From IMG/VR virus record IMGVR_UViG_3300021387_003827, positions 96,001 to 160,000 of that record: a stretch of 64,000 bases of DNA; one strand, given 5' to 3'. Within the stretch, counting starts at the first letter, position 1; the number at the start of each line of letters is the position of its first letter. Under the pieces are notes generated by a model, which had not been told where the DNA came from, ran no database searches, and worked only from the letters and a program-made list of their open reading frames with translations. Origin of the DNA: a virus. Taxonomy: Duplodnaviria; Caudoviricetes. Below are positions 17,106 to 27,690 of this stretch, one piece after another. Both the position numbers and the translations under genes were made by a program.

Positions 17106-20100
17106 CTATTTTTGATTCTTAAGACGAAACTTAGTCTTCATCTTATTTAGATCAGACTTAAGACTAGATCCACCTTGATTATATCCAGCATCGTTCTTCA
17201 CAGCCATACCAAGACCAAGGAGATTATTAAGGAACAATTGATTCTGTTCTTTTGCAGACTCATTTCTTGCTTCGTTTATATAATCTTTGGCATTTCTAGC
17301 TAGAAGAACGCTCAATTCCATCTCACCGATCTTCTGTCCGGTGGTCCTATATCTACCCTTTCCTAAGATTGGTTCATCTTTTCTAGGGGATATGTCGACG
17401 CCGTATAGAGATGTTGTTACTTTATTAGAATATGATGGAATATGATATAGCTCTTCCAAAGTCATCCAACCAACCTGTAAGGGCTTATCAACTTTTGTAT
17501 ACTTTCCTTGAAGATTTTTTACTATCTTATCATACTCTTCTTCACTTAGATTTTCCTTGAGCTCGTCCATATCAGTTACCTGTATAGACGGCATAAGAAT
17601 TTCGCTCTGAGACTCTAAACCTAAATCCTCCATCCACCCTTGAACTTTGGCTGGGGTGAAATCAGAGAAGCAACCTACATTAAAGTAGTATACCTCCTCG
17701 ATTGGCTTAGTTTCATGAAGTTTTATAAAATCCTCAACATCCATCTTAGTATATCGGCCGGGATAATACTTTTCAAGAAGCGGCATTATTTTCTTTTGAC
17801 CAGTCTTTGTCTTTCTATACTCATCAACTAGATCGTATAATTTATGAGCTATGTTTCCCAAAGACTGCTCAAGAAGGACACCAGCAATTTTTCGGTTAAT
17901 GGTTGAGTAAGGATTCATAACAACCTCTACCCTATATTGTTTACCAGTACCTTTCTCTACCATAATAGGCATAAGTTCATCAGGGAATACCTTTGAAACT
18001 ACACCTTTACCGCCATATCTATTAGTGACCTTTGAACCAACCATTAAGATAGTTTTCTTTATAAGACGAATTCTGACGGTGTATACAACCTTATAATCTT
18101 TAGAATCCATTATAATTGGATCTAAACGATCTGATGCTATATACTCAGGGAATTTGTCATATATAATTTTCCTATCTTTAGTTGATTCGTACTCTGAGAT
18201 AACATGTTCCGACTGACGAGAGAAAGAATAGTCTGGTTTCTTTACTGACTTAGGAATAGTAGGATTTTTCATTTCCTGGAAGATAACATCAGATACATAG
18301 GCTTCATCAATGTTATTTGGAACTTTCATACTTCCCTCTACCGTATATTCAGTAAGATCTTTTCCCTGTTCTCCAAATAAGCCACCAAGTTTATCATTAA
18401 GGGCTTTATTTATCTCATCCAGTCGAACAGCCTTAAAAAATGTAACTATAGAATCTCCAGACTTGACTCTCGTACCAATAGGAACAACCCACTTAAGAGC
18501 TGCACTATTCTTTACGTTAAATGTCAGGTCTATGATAGAGTAGTGTGCCATTCTGTTAGCATAGGATTCAGAAACAACAAGGGCATCTTCATTTACAAGA
18601 CCAAATTCAGCATGGAAGAGAACCAAAGTATTCAATCCGGCCTTGTATGTATTATCACCTAGTCCCACTGCTCCAGTTATGATATCTCCCTTCTTGACAG
18701 TCTGACCTTTCTTAACTTTCGGTTGGGTATAGACAGAGACATCATTTATGGACTGAATTGCTGTTCTCCTCAGCACATCTACCTCAGATTTATCCGGAAG
18801 TTCGATAATAACCTTATCCTCTGTGATATCCTTAACTTTTCCCTCAGGATAGTTAAATCTTTCATTTAAGATGTTATCATCAAGCTCCATAGAATTTCCG
18901 GTATCTACTAAGGGTCTCTGTGCATGAACTAGAGGAATACTTTGTTTAAGCATTGAAGTACCCATAGACATACGAACAGAGTCAGTATAGTTTATGAATG
19001 GAATACGCCTTGTTGTTTCACTAAGGCGATAATCAGGGTGCAGGTCTAAGAGTTCCACCTCTTCAACCGGAACCATAATTCTCTTCATTCTATACTTAAC
19101 TTCTACTTGACCCTTATCATCCGGCTTTATAGTATTGGTGTTATAGTCAAGATATTCTGAAGCACATACCTTTGAATTGAGATAGTCTATATAAGGAATC
19201 TCAACAACAGCCCAATCCTTAGTCATCACCTTAAACATAACACCCTCATCTGTAATCCTGGTAGACACAGTAAGAGCATTCTGTAGGTTAGTATTCTGGT
19301 TGATTGGAGTATCTACGATATCTATAAGATCTGAAAAGGTATTATTAAAGGCTACAGTTTCTGGAATAACTATTTTACTTCCTACACTTTGAAGATTTAT
19401 AGCATTTACACCAGAAGCAATCTGTAGGTTAGAGTCGCCCTTACTATTATTATCTCCTTTAAAGAATCTAAATGCAAGTGTAGATATTGGTCTTATTTCA
19501 TCTTGTAGTTTAGAGTTCTTGGTCCAGTATGAAGTAATTCGTTTTCTAGCACTATAATAATTCTTTTTATTATTACTGCGGAAAAGATACTGCATAAAAG
19601 CCACAGGAACTGATTCTACAGTTTTATCGATAATAAGGTCCTTTAATCTATCATCTCCAAATGCTAAACACTCCTGAATCAACTGTTGGGTAATATATTC
19701 TGGAACATAGTTTAGATCAAGTTTAATCTGAAATTTCTTACTCTGATACTCGGTCAATTTCAATGCCTCTCTGTCGGGATATGAATCTATCTTGTCAAAA
19801 GGTATTTCAGTTTTCCATCGAGTAGCAAAAGGATTATCTTGATCTTTCATCTTGAGAACTCCTTTCTTGATGTCGTATCGCCTCATAAAGTCAAAATTAA
19901 CAATATGCTCACCTGTACCAGACATCTTAATACGACAATCATAGTCAGAGCCCATCCTGTTAGTATTGATTCTATATGCTCCCTCTAGAATGAATGCTCC
20001 ATCGATTTCTCTAGGAACTTCAAAATAGGACTGATATATTGTAGGATCATCATTAATCGTATAATCTAGAATGACACGAAAGACGGCAGTTAGCTCATTC

Positions 20101-20258
20101 TCAATATAATATGAGGCAGGCTGAACCGGATCGTCTGCTATGTGCCATTTAAGGCTTGTCAATTTAGCCTTAGGATTATATATATCAGTTGCATTAAAGA
20201 ATCTATTTACTATTATATCTGCTCCTTGATTTTTAAAATATTCGTTAAAACTACTCAT
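17106..20258 (-). CDS. rpoB: Phage DNA-directed RNA polymerase beta-like subunit
   Basis: MLKQSIPL, NEDALVVS, GSKVTNRYGGKGVVS, MNPYSTINR, GQKIGEMEL correspond to conserved beta motifs. Confidence 0.95.
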   Translation of the reverse strand: MSSFNEYFKNQGADIIVNRFFNATDIYNPKAKLTSLKWHIADDPVQPASYYIENELTAVFRVILDYTINDDPTIYQSYFEVPREIDGAFILEGAYRINTNRMGSDYDCRIKMSGTGEHIVNFDFMRRYDIKKGVLKMKDQDNPFATRWKTEIPFDKIDSYPDREALKLTEYQSKKFQIKLDLNYVPEYITQQLIQECLAFGDDRLKDLIIDKTVESVPVAFMQYLFRSNNKKNYYSARKRITSYWTKNSKLQDEIRPISTLAFRFFKGDNNSKGDSNLQIASGVNAINLQSVGSKIVIPETVAFNNTFSDLIDIVDTPINQNTNLQNALTVSTRITDEGVMFKVMTKDWAVVEIPYIDYLNSKVCASEYLDYNTNTIKPDDKGQVEVKYRMKRIMVPVEEVELLDLHPDYRLSETTRRIPFINYTDSVRMSMGTSMLKQSIPLVHAQRPLVDTGNSMELDDNILNERFNYPEGKVKDITEDKVIIELPDKSEVDVLRRTAIQSINDVSVYTQPKVKKGQTVKKGDIITGAVGLGDNTYKAGLNTLVLFHAEFGLVNEDALVVSESYANRMAHYSIIDLTFNVKNSAALKWVVPIGTRVKSGDSIVTFFKAVRLDEINKALNDKLGGLFGEQGKDLTEYTVEGSMKVPNNIDEAYVSDVIFQEMKNPTIPKSVKKPDYSFSRQSEHVISEYESTKDRKIIYDKFPEYIASDRLDPIIMDSKDYKVVYTVRIRLIKKTILMVGSKVTNRYGGKGVVSKVFPDELMPIMVEKGTGKQYRVEVVMNPYSTINRKIAGVLLEQSLGNIAHKLYDLVDEYRKTKTGQKKIMPLLEKYYPGRYTKMDVEDFIKLHETKPIEEVYYFNVGCFSDFTPAKVQGWMEDLGLESQSEILMPSIQVTDMDELKENLSEEEYDKIVKNLQGKYTKVDKPLQVGWMTLEELYHIPSYSNKVTTSLYGVDISPRKDEPILGKGRYRTTGQKIGEMELSVLLARNAKDYINEARNESAKEQNQLFLNNLLGLGMAVKNDAGYNQGGSSLKSDLNKMKTKFRLKNQK

Positions 20259-20608
20259 TATAATAGTGTTTTAATATTGATTTGTTTATATTCACAATCT
20301 ACCGAATTAAAAAACTCCTCCATCTCTTCTCTTATCTTGTCCTTTAAATCTCTAGCAGCAACATATTCTTCCATAGGTAAATTTCCTTGGCACCTTATAA
20401 AAGCATCAAAGGAAACTAGGTAATTATACGTGTCTTTGAGTTGATATAGGACAAGCTTTACAGAAAATCTCTCATATTTTTCCGGAATACAGGTCTTAAG
20501 GGATTCATAGAAAATATCCCTTGCCTTTTTTATATCCGGTTCCTGAGAGTCTAAGATGTTATATGGAATTTCATAAGCCAAGGATATTTTATAATAATTA
20601 TTACTCAT
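20258..20608 (-). CDS. Hypothetical protein in RNAP operon
   Basis: Translationally coupled to rpoB. Confidence 0.65.
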   Translation of the reverse strand: MSNNYYKISLAYEIPYNILDSQEPDIKKARDIFYESLKTCIPEKYERFSVKLVLYQLKDTYNYLVSFDAFIRCQGNLPMEEYVAARDLKDKIREEMEEFFNSVDCEYKQINIKTLL

Positions 20609-20612
20609 AATC

Positions 20613-20846
20613 TTAAAAATTATCCAAATTCATTAGGTTTCCTCCAACCAACTTCCCCGCTGGCTTATCTGGAGTATTCCCCTCTGACTTATTACTTTCT
20701 ACCTTCTTCTTTTTTGTAGATTCAGGTACATTCTTAACTAAAGAAGGGGAGGTGGAAGTGTTACAAACCACCTCTCCATCTCTTCTTATTGTAATGTTGA
20801 TACTGAGCTCTCTTTCAAACTCAGGCACTTCAAATTCTATCTTCAT
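20613..20846 (-). CDS. Hypothetical protein in RNAP operon
   Basis: TAATG overlap with the rpoC stop. Confidence 0.6.
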   Translation of the reverse strand: MKIEFEVPEFERELSINITIRRDGEVVCNTSTSPSLVKNVPESTKKKKVESNKSEGNTPDKPAGKLVGGNLMNLDNF

Positions 20847-22052
20847 TACTTTATATCTAATTGATCCTGAAGTAATAGACCGAGGATAGTATTTGTCATG
20901 ACGTCACCCTCAAGATGGATTTCTCCCTTAAGAGCTTTATCAACAATACGAGAGCTATAACCATAAGATAGCGCAGTATAGAATGAATCTCTATTAAGAA
21001 CACTCTGCTGAGTTCCCTGATATTCAATTTCTTCTATCTTTGATGTCTTAGGATCATATACTACTTTAGTTAATCCAGTAAACAAGAGTTCTATAATTTC
21101 TTCCTGAGTTGAGGAATATGATGAAATTCCGGTCTTAGCGAAATCACCATCAGTAAGTGAATATAGTTGTTTTCTGAAGATTAGATAGATTGTATTAAGA
21201 TCAGTTCCCAGCTCTGATATCACATGAGGCATATTTTCAACGCCAGAACATATCCTATCATACTTAGATACGGAAGCTCCATCTGGGAAATAGTACATAC
21301 ACAAAGGATTGTACTGATACTCTCTACCATTAATCGTAACTTTTATATCACCACGATCAGTTTCTTCATAGTGTATAGTTCCTGACTCTAGAGCATAGCA
21401 ATCGGAAACTATAACATTTTCTTTTTCGAAATACTTAAGGCCAACACTTCCTTTAGCTCTCATCAAGGATACCATTGCATTAAGTTTATAGATAGGAGAA
21501 GTCGTATTATAAGCAACACAAACATTTTCGCCTTTCTCAAACTTATCTTTATTTAGAGTAACTAAATTATCGGGACGGGGATATTTTAATTCTTCCCCAC
21601 CACGGACTCTAAGGTAAATCCATCTTCCCTCCTCTCGGAAAGTACAGGATTTAGGAGCAACAAGATATCCAGTTCTATCAAGGACTCGCTCGTGACCACC
21701 ATGCTTTAATCCAAGAGCAGCCTGAGTAGTTCCTTCAGAGAATGATGTAGCTAATGATAACCCAATAGCACTGCCGTCTGTAAAATCAGTCATCTTATAC
21801 CCGAGAAGATCTGGAGTAACTACACTTAAGTTTCCTTTATTCTTAGTTACAATAGATCGGACGGGTACTAGATCATCTTCATTAGGTTTAGCAATTGGAG
21901 TTGTTGGATATTTCTTACCGTTGGGAGCTGTTCTTCCTAAGGCTTTATACCTAGGAATCATAAGTCCCGGATTGTCAGGATCTTCTCCATCATGATAAAC
22001 AAAATTATTAAGAAGGAAAGATATCTGACGAGTTAAGTAACCAGACGACGGA
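20846..22052 (-). CDS. rpoC: RNA polymerase beta'-like subunit, exon 2
   Basis: Frame open upstream of 21961: PSSGYLTRQI (bridge helix), GLSLATSFSEGTTQAAL (trigger loop). Confidence 0.9.
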
Positions 22053-22415
22053 CATGTAGAAATTTTAGGAGAGGATTATATTTCTACCTCGGCTATATTT
22101 CTATAACCTATTAGACTATACCATGAACCCGCTATATGGTCCCATTAGTACTTAGTCGTTGAGCTTATTATTCTTCTCGCTAGAAGAATTCTTAAGGCGA
22201 TAAAATTCATTGATTTCGCCCATTAATTTCGACATAGCCAAAATAACTGTAACTAGTGCCGAAGAAACTTTTACAAAAACTTCTATTCTATTCATTTAAT
22301 AATAAGTTGCTGATTTAATTTGTAGGGCCTGATTACATTTACCACCCTATCACCTTATTCCAGCATTTTTCTAATGTTTTATAGTGACGCTCCGTTTATT
22401 TCCGTCAGTTACTAA
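22053..22415 (-). ncRNA. Group I self-splicing intron (363 nt) in rpoC
   Basis: P AAATGCTGGAA, Q AATCAGCA, R GCTCAACGACTA, S GGTATAGTCT; P1 with U-G at 5' splice site; P10 ACGGA/TCCGT; terminal G; splicing restores the frame (SGV-PSSGYLTR). Confidence 0.93.
22152..22295 (-). CDS. 47-aa hydrophobic peptide ORF inside the intron
   Basis: ATG..TAA ORF MNRIEVFVKVSSALVTVILAMSKLMGEINEFYRLKNSSSEKNNKLND between Q and R. Confidence 0.4.
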   Translation of the reverse strand: MNRIEVFVKVSSALVTVILAMSKLMGEINEFYRLKNSSSEKNNKLND

Positions 22416-24559
22416 ACGCCACTTTGCTTAATCGATTGCAAAGATCTATTTTCAATAGCATGAAATCTATATTCATCCTCAGTCATACCACTAAGAAGTG
22501 ATCCATGTGTTATGATTGGCTGTTCATCTACACCACTAATAATAAGTTGTGGCATATTCATAGATGATATAGAAGAAATCTTTACACGACCTGCACGATT
22601 AAGCTCATTCTTTAGGTCGTCGGAGAATGTTGCCTCTACTTCCTTTTGATATTGGTCATAAAGTGGAGTAATTAAGGCAGTTTTTTGTTGGTCCGTGAGA
22701 TCCGGAGAATCAACAATTTTTCTAAGCTTTTGATATGTCTCAGTGTTTGTGTCCGTAAATAGGGTATCAAAAGAGAAAGTAACTACACCTGCCAGAGACA
22801 CTACACGAAGACAAAACTTCTGTAATTCTCTTCTCTTTTCAATACCATCTTCAGGGAAATCACATAGATATGCAGAAAGCTTGGTTGCAGCCTTAGCATC
22901 CATTCGTGTATACATATCTTTGGTAAAACCGAGATCATCCATATCCCTCTCAAGAATCTTAGATATTCTGATTTTACCATAAGTCGTAATCTTACTTTGA
23001 TAATCTACCTTACCAGCTTTTCCTGTAAATACAATAGGCGTACCAACCTTAATTGTATGATCAACCTCCACATCACGAAGAAGTTTCACATAATCATCAT
23101 AGAAATATCTTGGTTCCTTTAACTCTTCTGGATCTTCTGGAGTCCATTCAGTGGCTACGGCAAGACCATTTAATGTTTCATGATTTATAGTTGGAATAGG
23201 AGCACCATTCTTTTTATAGAATGTTACATACCTTGGAGACATTTGTCTATATGTATCTTCTTTGGCAGATTCAGGAACAAGCTGAATTGAAATAGTATCA
23301 CCATCGAAGTCAGCATTTAAAGGAGTACAAATACTAATAGGAAATTTCAAAGCATACTCGTCGTCTACCAATCTTACCTTAAGACAGAACATACTGTACT
23401 CATGAAGAGAAGGCTGGCGGTTAGCTAAGACTACCTGATTTTCCGCGTACTCTTTAAATAACTTTTGGGTCTCTGGATTGAAAGCCTCCAATTTAGTTGC
23501 CTTAAGTGCTTCTTTCTTCGTGAAATTAAGCTTGCTCATTAGATATTCACAGAATCCCTCTCTCATCATCTCATAAGCGATGTGAGTAGGAACACCGATC
23601 TCATCAATAGCCAGGTCAACAGAAGGAACAATTGGACAACGGGCAGAGTTTTTGGTACGTACCGCATAAAGGTTTCGTGCTAAATTCTTTTTTGAGGTAT
23701 TAAGAAGCTCAGTCGCCTCTGTTTTACCAGTATTAAGGAATGCTCGAAGTAGTGCTGTATACCTAACCCTTTCTCCAGGAGTCTCCAGAGAATTCATAAT
23801 GTCTTCATAGTTCATTGAATTAGATACCTTGTCTTCGACACAACAAAGTCTAATCACAATACTATACCATACAGACATTGGGTGAGTTCCCATTACTTTC
23901 TTATCCCCCTTATATCCAACTGTGAAAGGACGCATCATAGCTGGGAGTACAAGATAGTAACGATTAATTAGTTTCATAAATCCCGTGAGCCTGTCGGGAA
24001 AATGTTCAGAGATAATTTTAATTAATCCTTCATAAGAACATTTATTTTCATCAGTTATAAATTCAGATATTTTAAGCTCTTTCTTAGTTGGATTGTAATC
24101 AAACTGACAAGAATCAAATACCTTAATTCCTAACTTCTTGGCTCCTCTGCTGCTATATCCTCCCCTCTTAAGATCATCGGCCGCAAAATCAAGGACAATC
24201 TTCGTATCCGAGAATATATCATCAAAAGTTGCTTTAAAGATATCAAATCTAAGCTCGTTGAGATAATAAAAGGGAAGTTCTATTCTAGCAAATCTTCTTA
24301 AACCTTCTTCCATAGTAAATACCCTGGCACCACAATTAGGGCAAGGTTCAGAAGAAGGTTGTCTAATTTTACCACATATACATCTATCCGCAATAGGTGA
24401 TCCAAAGACATCCACGTCGTAAACACCACCAGGAATAGGTTGTGGGGTATTAAACTTTAGATTTAAATCTCGATGGTCGAAAAGAATTCTATCTTTACCA
24501 TCACTTCTAGAATAATCTACAATAGCCTCATCTGTTAATAGTTCAAGAGATACTGGCAT
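22416..24559 (-). CDS. rpoC: RNA polymerase beta'-like subunit, exon 1
   Basis: Zn finger CICG..CPNCG, NRQPSLH, catalytic NADFDGD; spliced product 1116 aa. Confidence 0.95.
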
Positions 24560-24561
24560 AC

Positions 24562-25671
24562 TTAATTATTTATAACTGGTTCCATATCTTTCCAAATTAC
24601 TCGAGAAGCAACCTCAGAGTCAACGGGAGTATTATTCTTAGCCCACTCCTTATAGACCTGTTTTACATCTGCTATAGCATCAGATCTAGTTTTATCCTTG
24701 AGCTTTTCATAAACTCCTGCTTCTTCATCTATGACTACTTCTATATAATCGGAAATGACATCTTGCGTAATAGCTTTAGAGGTGTTAGTAAATCTACCTC
24801 TATACTCTCTATAAACAACCACATCATCATAAGTAAGATCGAGGTCACTATACTCAGATGATGTACGGATTTCGGCGGGTTCTTTTACAAACCAGGCGAG
24901 CTGCATTTTTCTAACCCTATCTGCAACTTTCTGTCTACCTAAATCTTCATATTTTCTTGCTAACTCTTCTACAACATCATACTTTGCCTTGGTTATTTCC
25001 TCCATAGCCCTAGAAATCTGATCTTGATATACTTTAGGCATGGTAGGACAATTAATAACCAGGTCGTACATTCCTGAAGAGAATAAGAAAATAATAAACG
25101 CCGGGATTTGACGCTGTTTTCTCTTTTTAGACACAACGGAATCTTTAGATAGATCTCTGTTTGCAAGATAATCAATGAATCGTGCAATCTGTTCTCTAGC
25201 TTCTTCTGCAAAAACTCTATTAAATCCATAATCTTCATCAAGGTCAAGGTCTATATCAAGATCTTCACCCTTTAATGGAGTATCAGGAGTATAAATAGAA
25301 TTAGACATTCTAGAGTGACCTTGTTTTCCAAACATCTCATTAACAATTAATGATATTGTCGACTGAGATGTATGCCTTGGATTTGCTGACACCACTGTAT
25401 AAGCCGCATCAAGAATCGCATTTTCACTTTTCTTACCTGCGGCTACTACATCATCATAAGCAGTAATAAGCCAGGCCTCTCTTTTGGTCAGTTTATTCTT
25501 ATACTTAGATACATCAATGTCATTTGGACTACTCTTTTCGTCATCATCAGAATCGCTAGAACTGTCAGAATCATCGTCATCATCATCAGGGGGCTTAGGA
25601 GCATCTTGTGGACCATAAAATCCATCTTCGATCAGCTCTTCGTCATCTTCTAACAAATAATCATCTTCCAT
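24562..25671 (-). CDS. Acidic-N-terminus helical protein, first gene of RNAP operon
   Basis: D/E-rich N-terminus; 2 nt from the rpoC start. Confidence 0.7.
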   Translation of the reverse strand: MEDDYLLEDDEELIEDGFYGPQDAPKPPDDDDDDSDSSSDSDDDEKSSPNDIDVSKYKNKLTKREAWLITAYDDVVAAGKKSENAILDAAYTVVSANPRHTSQSTISLIVNEMFGKQGHSRMSNSIYTPDTPLKGEDLDIDLDLDEDYGFNRVFAEEAREQIARFIDYLANRDLSKDSVVSKKRKQRQIPAFIIFLFSSGMYDLVINCPTMPKVYQDQISRAMEEITKAKYDVVEELARKYEDLGRQKVADRVRKMQLAWFVKEPAEIRTSSEYSDLDLTYDDVVVYREYRGRFTNTSKAITQDVISDYIEVVIDEEAGVYEKLKDKTRSDAIADVKQVYKEWAKNNTPVDSEVASRVIWKDMEPVINN

Positions 25672-25731
25672 ATTCTTTTAATTCATATTTAAAAATTTAA
25701 TAATCAGGGGCAGAAAAACTCTGCTCCACTA

Positions 25732-25764
25732 TCATATATCAGGATTTATCGTCCCCAGAAGCGC
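25732..25764 (-). promoter_or_regulatory. Extended promoter of RNAP operon
   Basis: GCGCTTCTGGGGACG-N6-CCTGATATATGA; near-identical layout at 54622..54654. Confidence 0.55.
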
Positions 25765-25798
25765 GTTTTTTCAATTTGGACGAAAAAAAAACAAGTTG

Positions 25799-26113
25799 CT
25801 ATGGACAACCTTGTGGTGTTCTTTCTATTTTTTCTTTGAGGAGATACATTCCATTCACAACAGCATCTCTAAATGCATTGAAGGATTTTTCATAAAACTC
25901 TGACTCTTTATATGAATCAGTTTCTTTATCCAGGGCCTTTGAATAATATTTGTTTCTGTAAAGATTATACTGAATAAAAACTTCTATGCCATTTTCACTC
26001 AAGAAGTCAAATATCTCTGCATATGTAATTTCATCTATATTTCCTGATATTTGAACCCCAGAATCAATAATAGATTCCTTTGATACATTATCTAATTTTC
26101 TAGTGTACTCCAC
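25799..26113 (-). CDS. Hypothetical protein
   Basis: ORF in co-oriented cluster. Confidence 0.55.
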   Translation of the reverse strand: MEYTRKLDNVSKESIIDSGVQISGNIDEITYAEIFDFLSENGIEVFIQYNLYRNKYYSKALDKETDSYKESEFYEKSFNAFRDAVVNGMYLLKEKIERTPQGCP

Positions 26114-26325
26114 CGTGTTAAAATTAATTCCTGTAGTTGAGGAGGTATCCCCACTTCTTGAAGACTAATTTCCTTCTTCGTCTCGGGCAGCTCTAGATAT
26201 AAAACTGTTTCTGCCTCGGGGAAAAACATAATCTTCTGCCCTATAAAATCTGAATAATTTTCAGGAGGAATAGAAAACATATGTAATCCTCCCTCCTGAT
26301 TTTTCTCTATATAAAACGATATCAC
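26092..26325 (-). CDS. Hypothetical protein
   Basis: ORF in co-oriented cluster. Confidence 0.45.
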   Translation of the reverse strand: MISFYIEKNQEGGLHMFSIPPENYSDFIGQKIMFFPEAETVLYLELPETKKEISLQEVGIPPQLQELILTRWSTLEN

Positions 26326-26328
26326 TTT

Positions 26329-26697
26329 TTACTGTTCATTTCTTTCTTCCCACCGTTTCTGCTTTTCGGCGCGTCTCTCCATTTCTTTCGGAAGATATTC
26401 ATCGCGCAAAGGAGACACAACAGTAGCATAGAAATAATTCCAAAGACTGTCAGGCAATCCAAATTTTACTTTATTTGAAATACCGGTCCACTTCTGTTTA
26501 ATCTGATCTACGGCATTCTGAAATCCCTTAACATTCTCCCCATCTCTGTTATATTCTGATGTTCCGGGGAGATTAACTTTAAAATACTCCAGTGCTGATT
26601 TGAACTCTTTAGTGATATCCTCAAGAAACTTATCTTGTTTCTTAGTAGCCCAACCATTTCCCAGGTTGTATTTCTTTATAAAATCTAATGGTTTCAT
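26329..26697 (-). CDS. Hypothetical protein
   Basis: Promoter motif CCTTATTAATGA at 26699..26710 directly upstream. Confidence 0.65.
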   Translation of the reverse strand: MKPLDFIKKYNLGNGWATKKQDKFLEDITKEFKSALEYFKVNLPGTSEYNRDGENVKGFQNAVDQIKQKWTGISNKVKFGLPDSLWNYFYATVVSPLRDEYLPKEMERRAEKQKRWEERNEQ

Positions 26698-26701
26698 ATC
26701 A

Positions 26702-26839
26702 TTAATAAGGAATTCGTAGGAATAAATTTCCTAGCTGCAATATAACATTTCCTATAAATATTATCATAGTGCCAATAATTATAAAGGGCGCTGCGATAAG
26801 AAATGATAATATTTTAAGAATTGAATTTAAGAATCGCAT
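26702..26839 (-). CDS. 45-aa hydrophobic membrane peptide
   Basis: MRFLNSILKILSFLIAAPFIIIGTMIIFIGNVILQLGNLFLRIPY fills the gap between genes. Confidence 0.45.
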   Translation of the reverse strand: MRFLNSILKILSFLIAAPFIIIGTMIIFIGNVILQLGNLFLRIPY

Positions 26840-27056
26840 CTTCCAGGTTTCTAGTTTCATATATAGCCTCGGCGTGATCTTCTATATAAAAGCTTACGCT
26901 GGGTACTTCTTCTATATGCGTAACAGATATAAGCTTTCTTCCGTTCCCGTTAGAAGCTATAACATTTTCAATACTACAAATAAGATCTTCTATTTTAACC
27001 ATAACTTCATTGTTCTTTAAATACTTCACACGCGATACATAATCATAATTCACCAC
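26814..27056 (-). CDS. Hypothetical protein
   Basis: Tightly packed ORF. Confidence 0.5.
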   Translation of the reverse strand: MVNYDYVSRVKYLKNNEVMVKIEDLICSIENVIASNGNGRKLISVTHIEEVPSVSFYIEDHAEAIYETRNLEDAILKFNS

Positions 27057-27264
27057 TCTCTTTCGCGTGTTTTAAAGCTTCCCAAAAACCTATTGAGGGA
27101 TCACATCGCAATTCCCAAAACCCAACATTTGTCGAGTCTTCAATATTTGTAATTGGGTAGTCTGGTTGTGCATGTCCTCCCATATTTATCATAATAAAGT
27201 CATCATCATCAACCTTCTCAAGTTCTTTAAGTAACTCTCGTTTAGTAAATTTATAATATCCCAT
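27043..27264 (-). CDS. Hypothetical protein
   Basis: Tightly packed ORF. Confidence 0.55.
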   Translation of the reverse strand: MGYYKFTKRELLKELEKVDDDDFIMINMGGHAQPDYPITNIEDSTNVGFWELRCDPSIGFWEALKHAKESGEL

Positions 27265-27267
27265 AAT

Positions 27268-27453
27268 TTAGTTTTTATCTCTGTGTCTGTTACGCCATAT
27301 TTCGGACACTTTACAAAAATCATCATCATTCAGCGTCCAGATAACACACTCAAATAATAGTTGCCTTTTCTTTGGAACTATTGCTATTACTCTATCAACA
27401 TCAAGTTCACATTCACCATACTGTGGATGTGTAATTGTAACTATTCTATCCAT
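27268..27453 (-). CDS. Hypothetical protein
   Basis: Tightly packed ORF. Confidence 0.55.
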   Translation of the reverse strand: MDRIVTITHPQYGECELDVDRVIAIVPKKRQLLFECVIWTLNDDDFCKVSEIWRNRHRDKN

Positions 27454-27456
27454 TTT

Positions 27457-27690
27457 TTAATACATTTCTATTGCTAAAAGATAAGCCAATATAGTGATAG
27501 GCCAGAAAGCTATTAATAACCCGTCAACAAATAACTCTATAAAATCATTTGTGTCATATAATATCCCTAACTTATCACAAATTATCGTTCCTAACAATGA
27601 ATATAGAAGGAATGCCAAAATAATCAATACTATCATATCACTATAAAAGGCTTTTACCTCTCTTCTCTTCTCTTTATAGAGACTATACAT
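27457..27690 (-). CDS. Small membrane protein
   Basis: Two hydrophobic segments, FWPITIL. Confidence 0.55.
   Translation of the reverse strand: MYSLYKEKRREVKAFYSDMIVLIILAFLLYSLLGTIICDKLGILYDTNDFIELFVDGLLIAFWPITILAYLLAIEMY

Noticed and set aside
22412-22414. TAG recoding (Lak-like code 15) or a genuinely split beta'
   Set aside because: The TAG lies inside a group I intron; other genes are full length in the standard code and several end in TAG.
17106-24559. Bacterial chromosomal rpoBC locus
   Set aside because: Highly diverged, short, reversed order, no ribosomal protein neighbours, surrounded by phage genes.
25500-25671. GAT/TCA-rich repeat
   Set aside because: Explained by the poly-Asp/Ser tract of the encoded protein.
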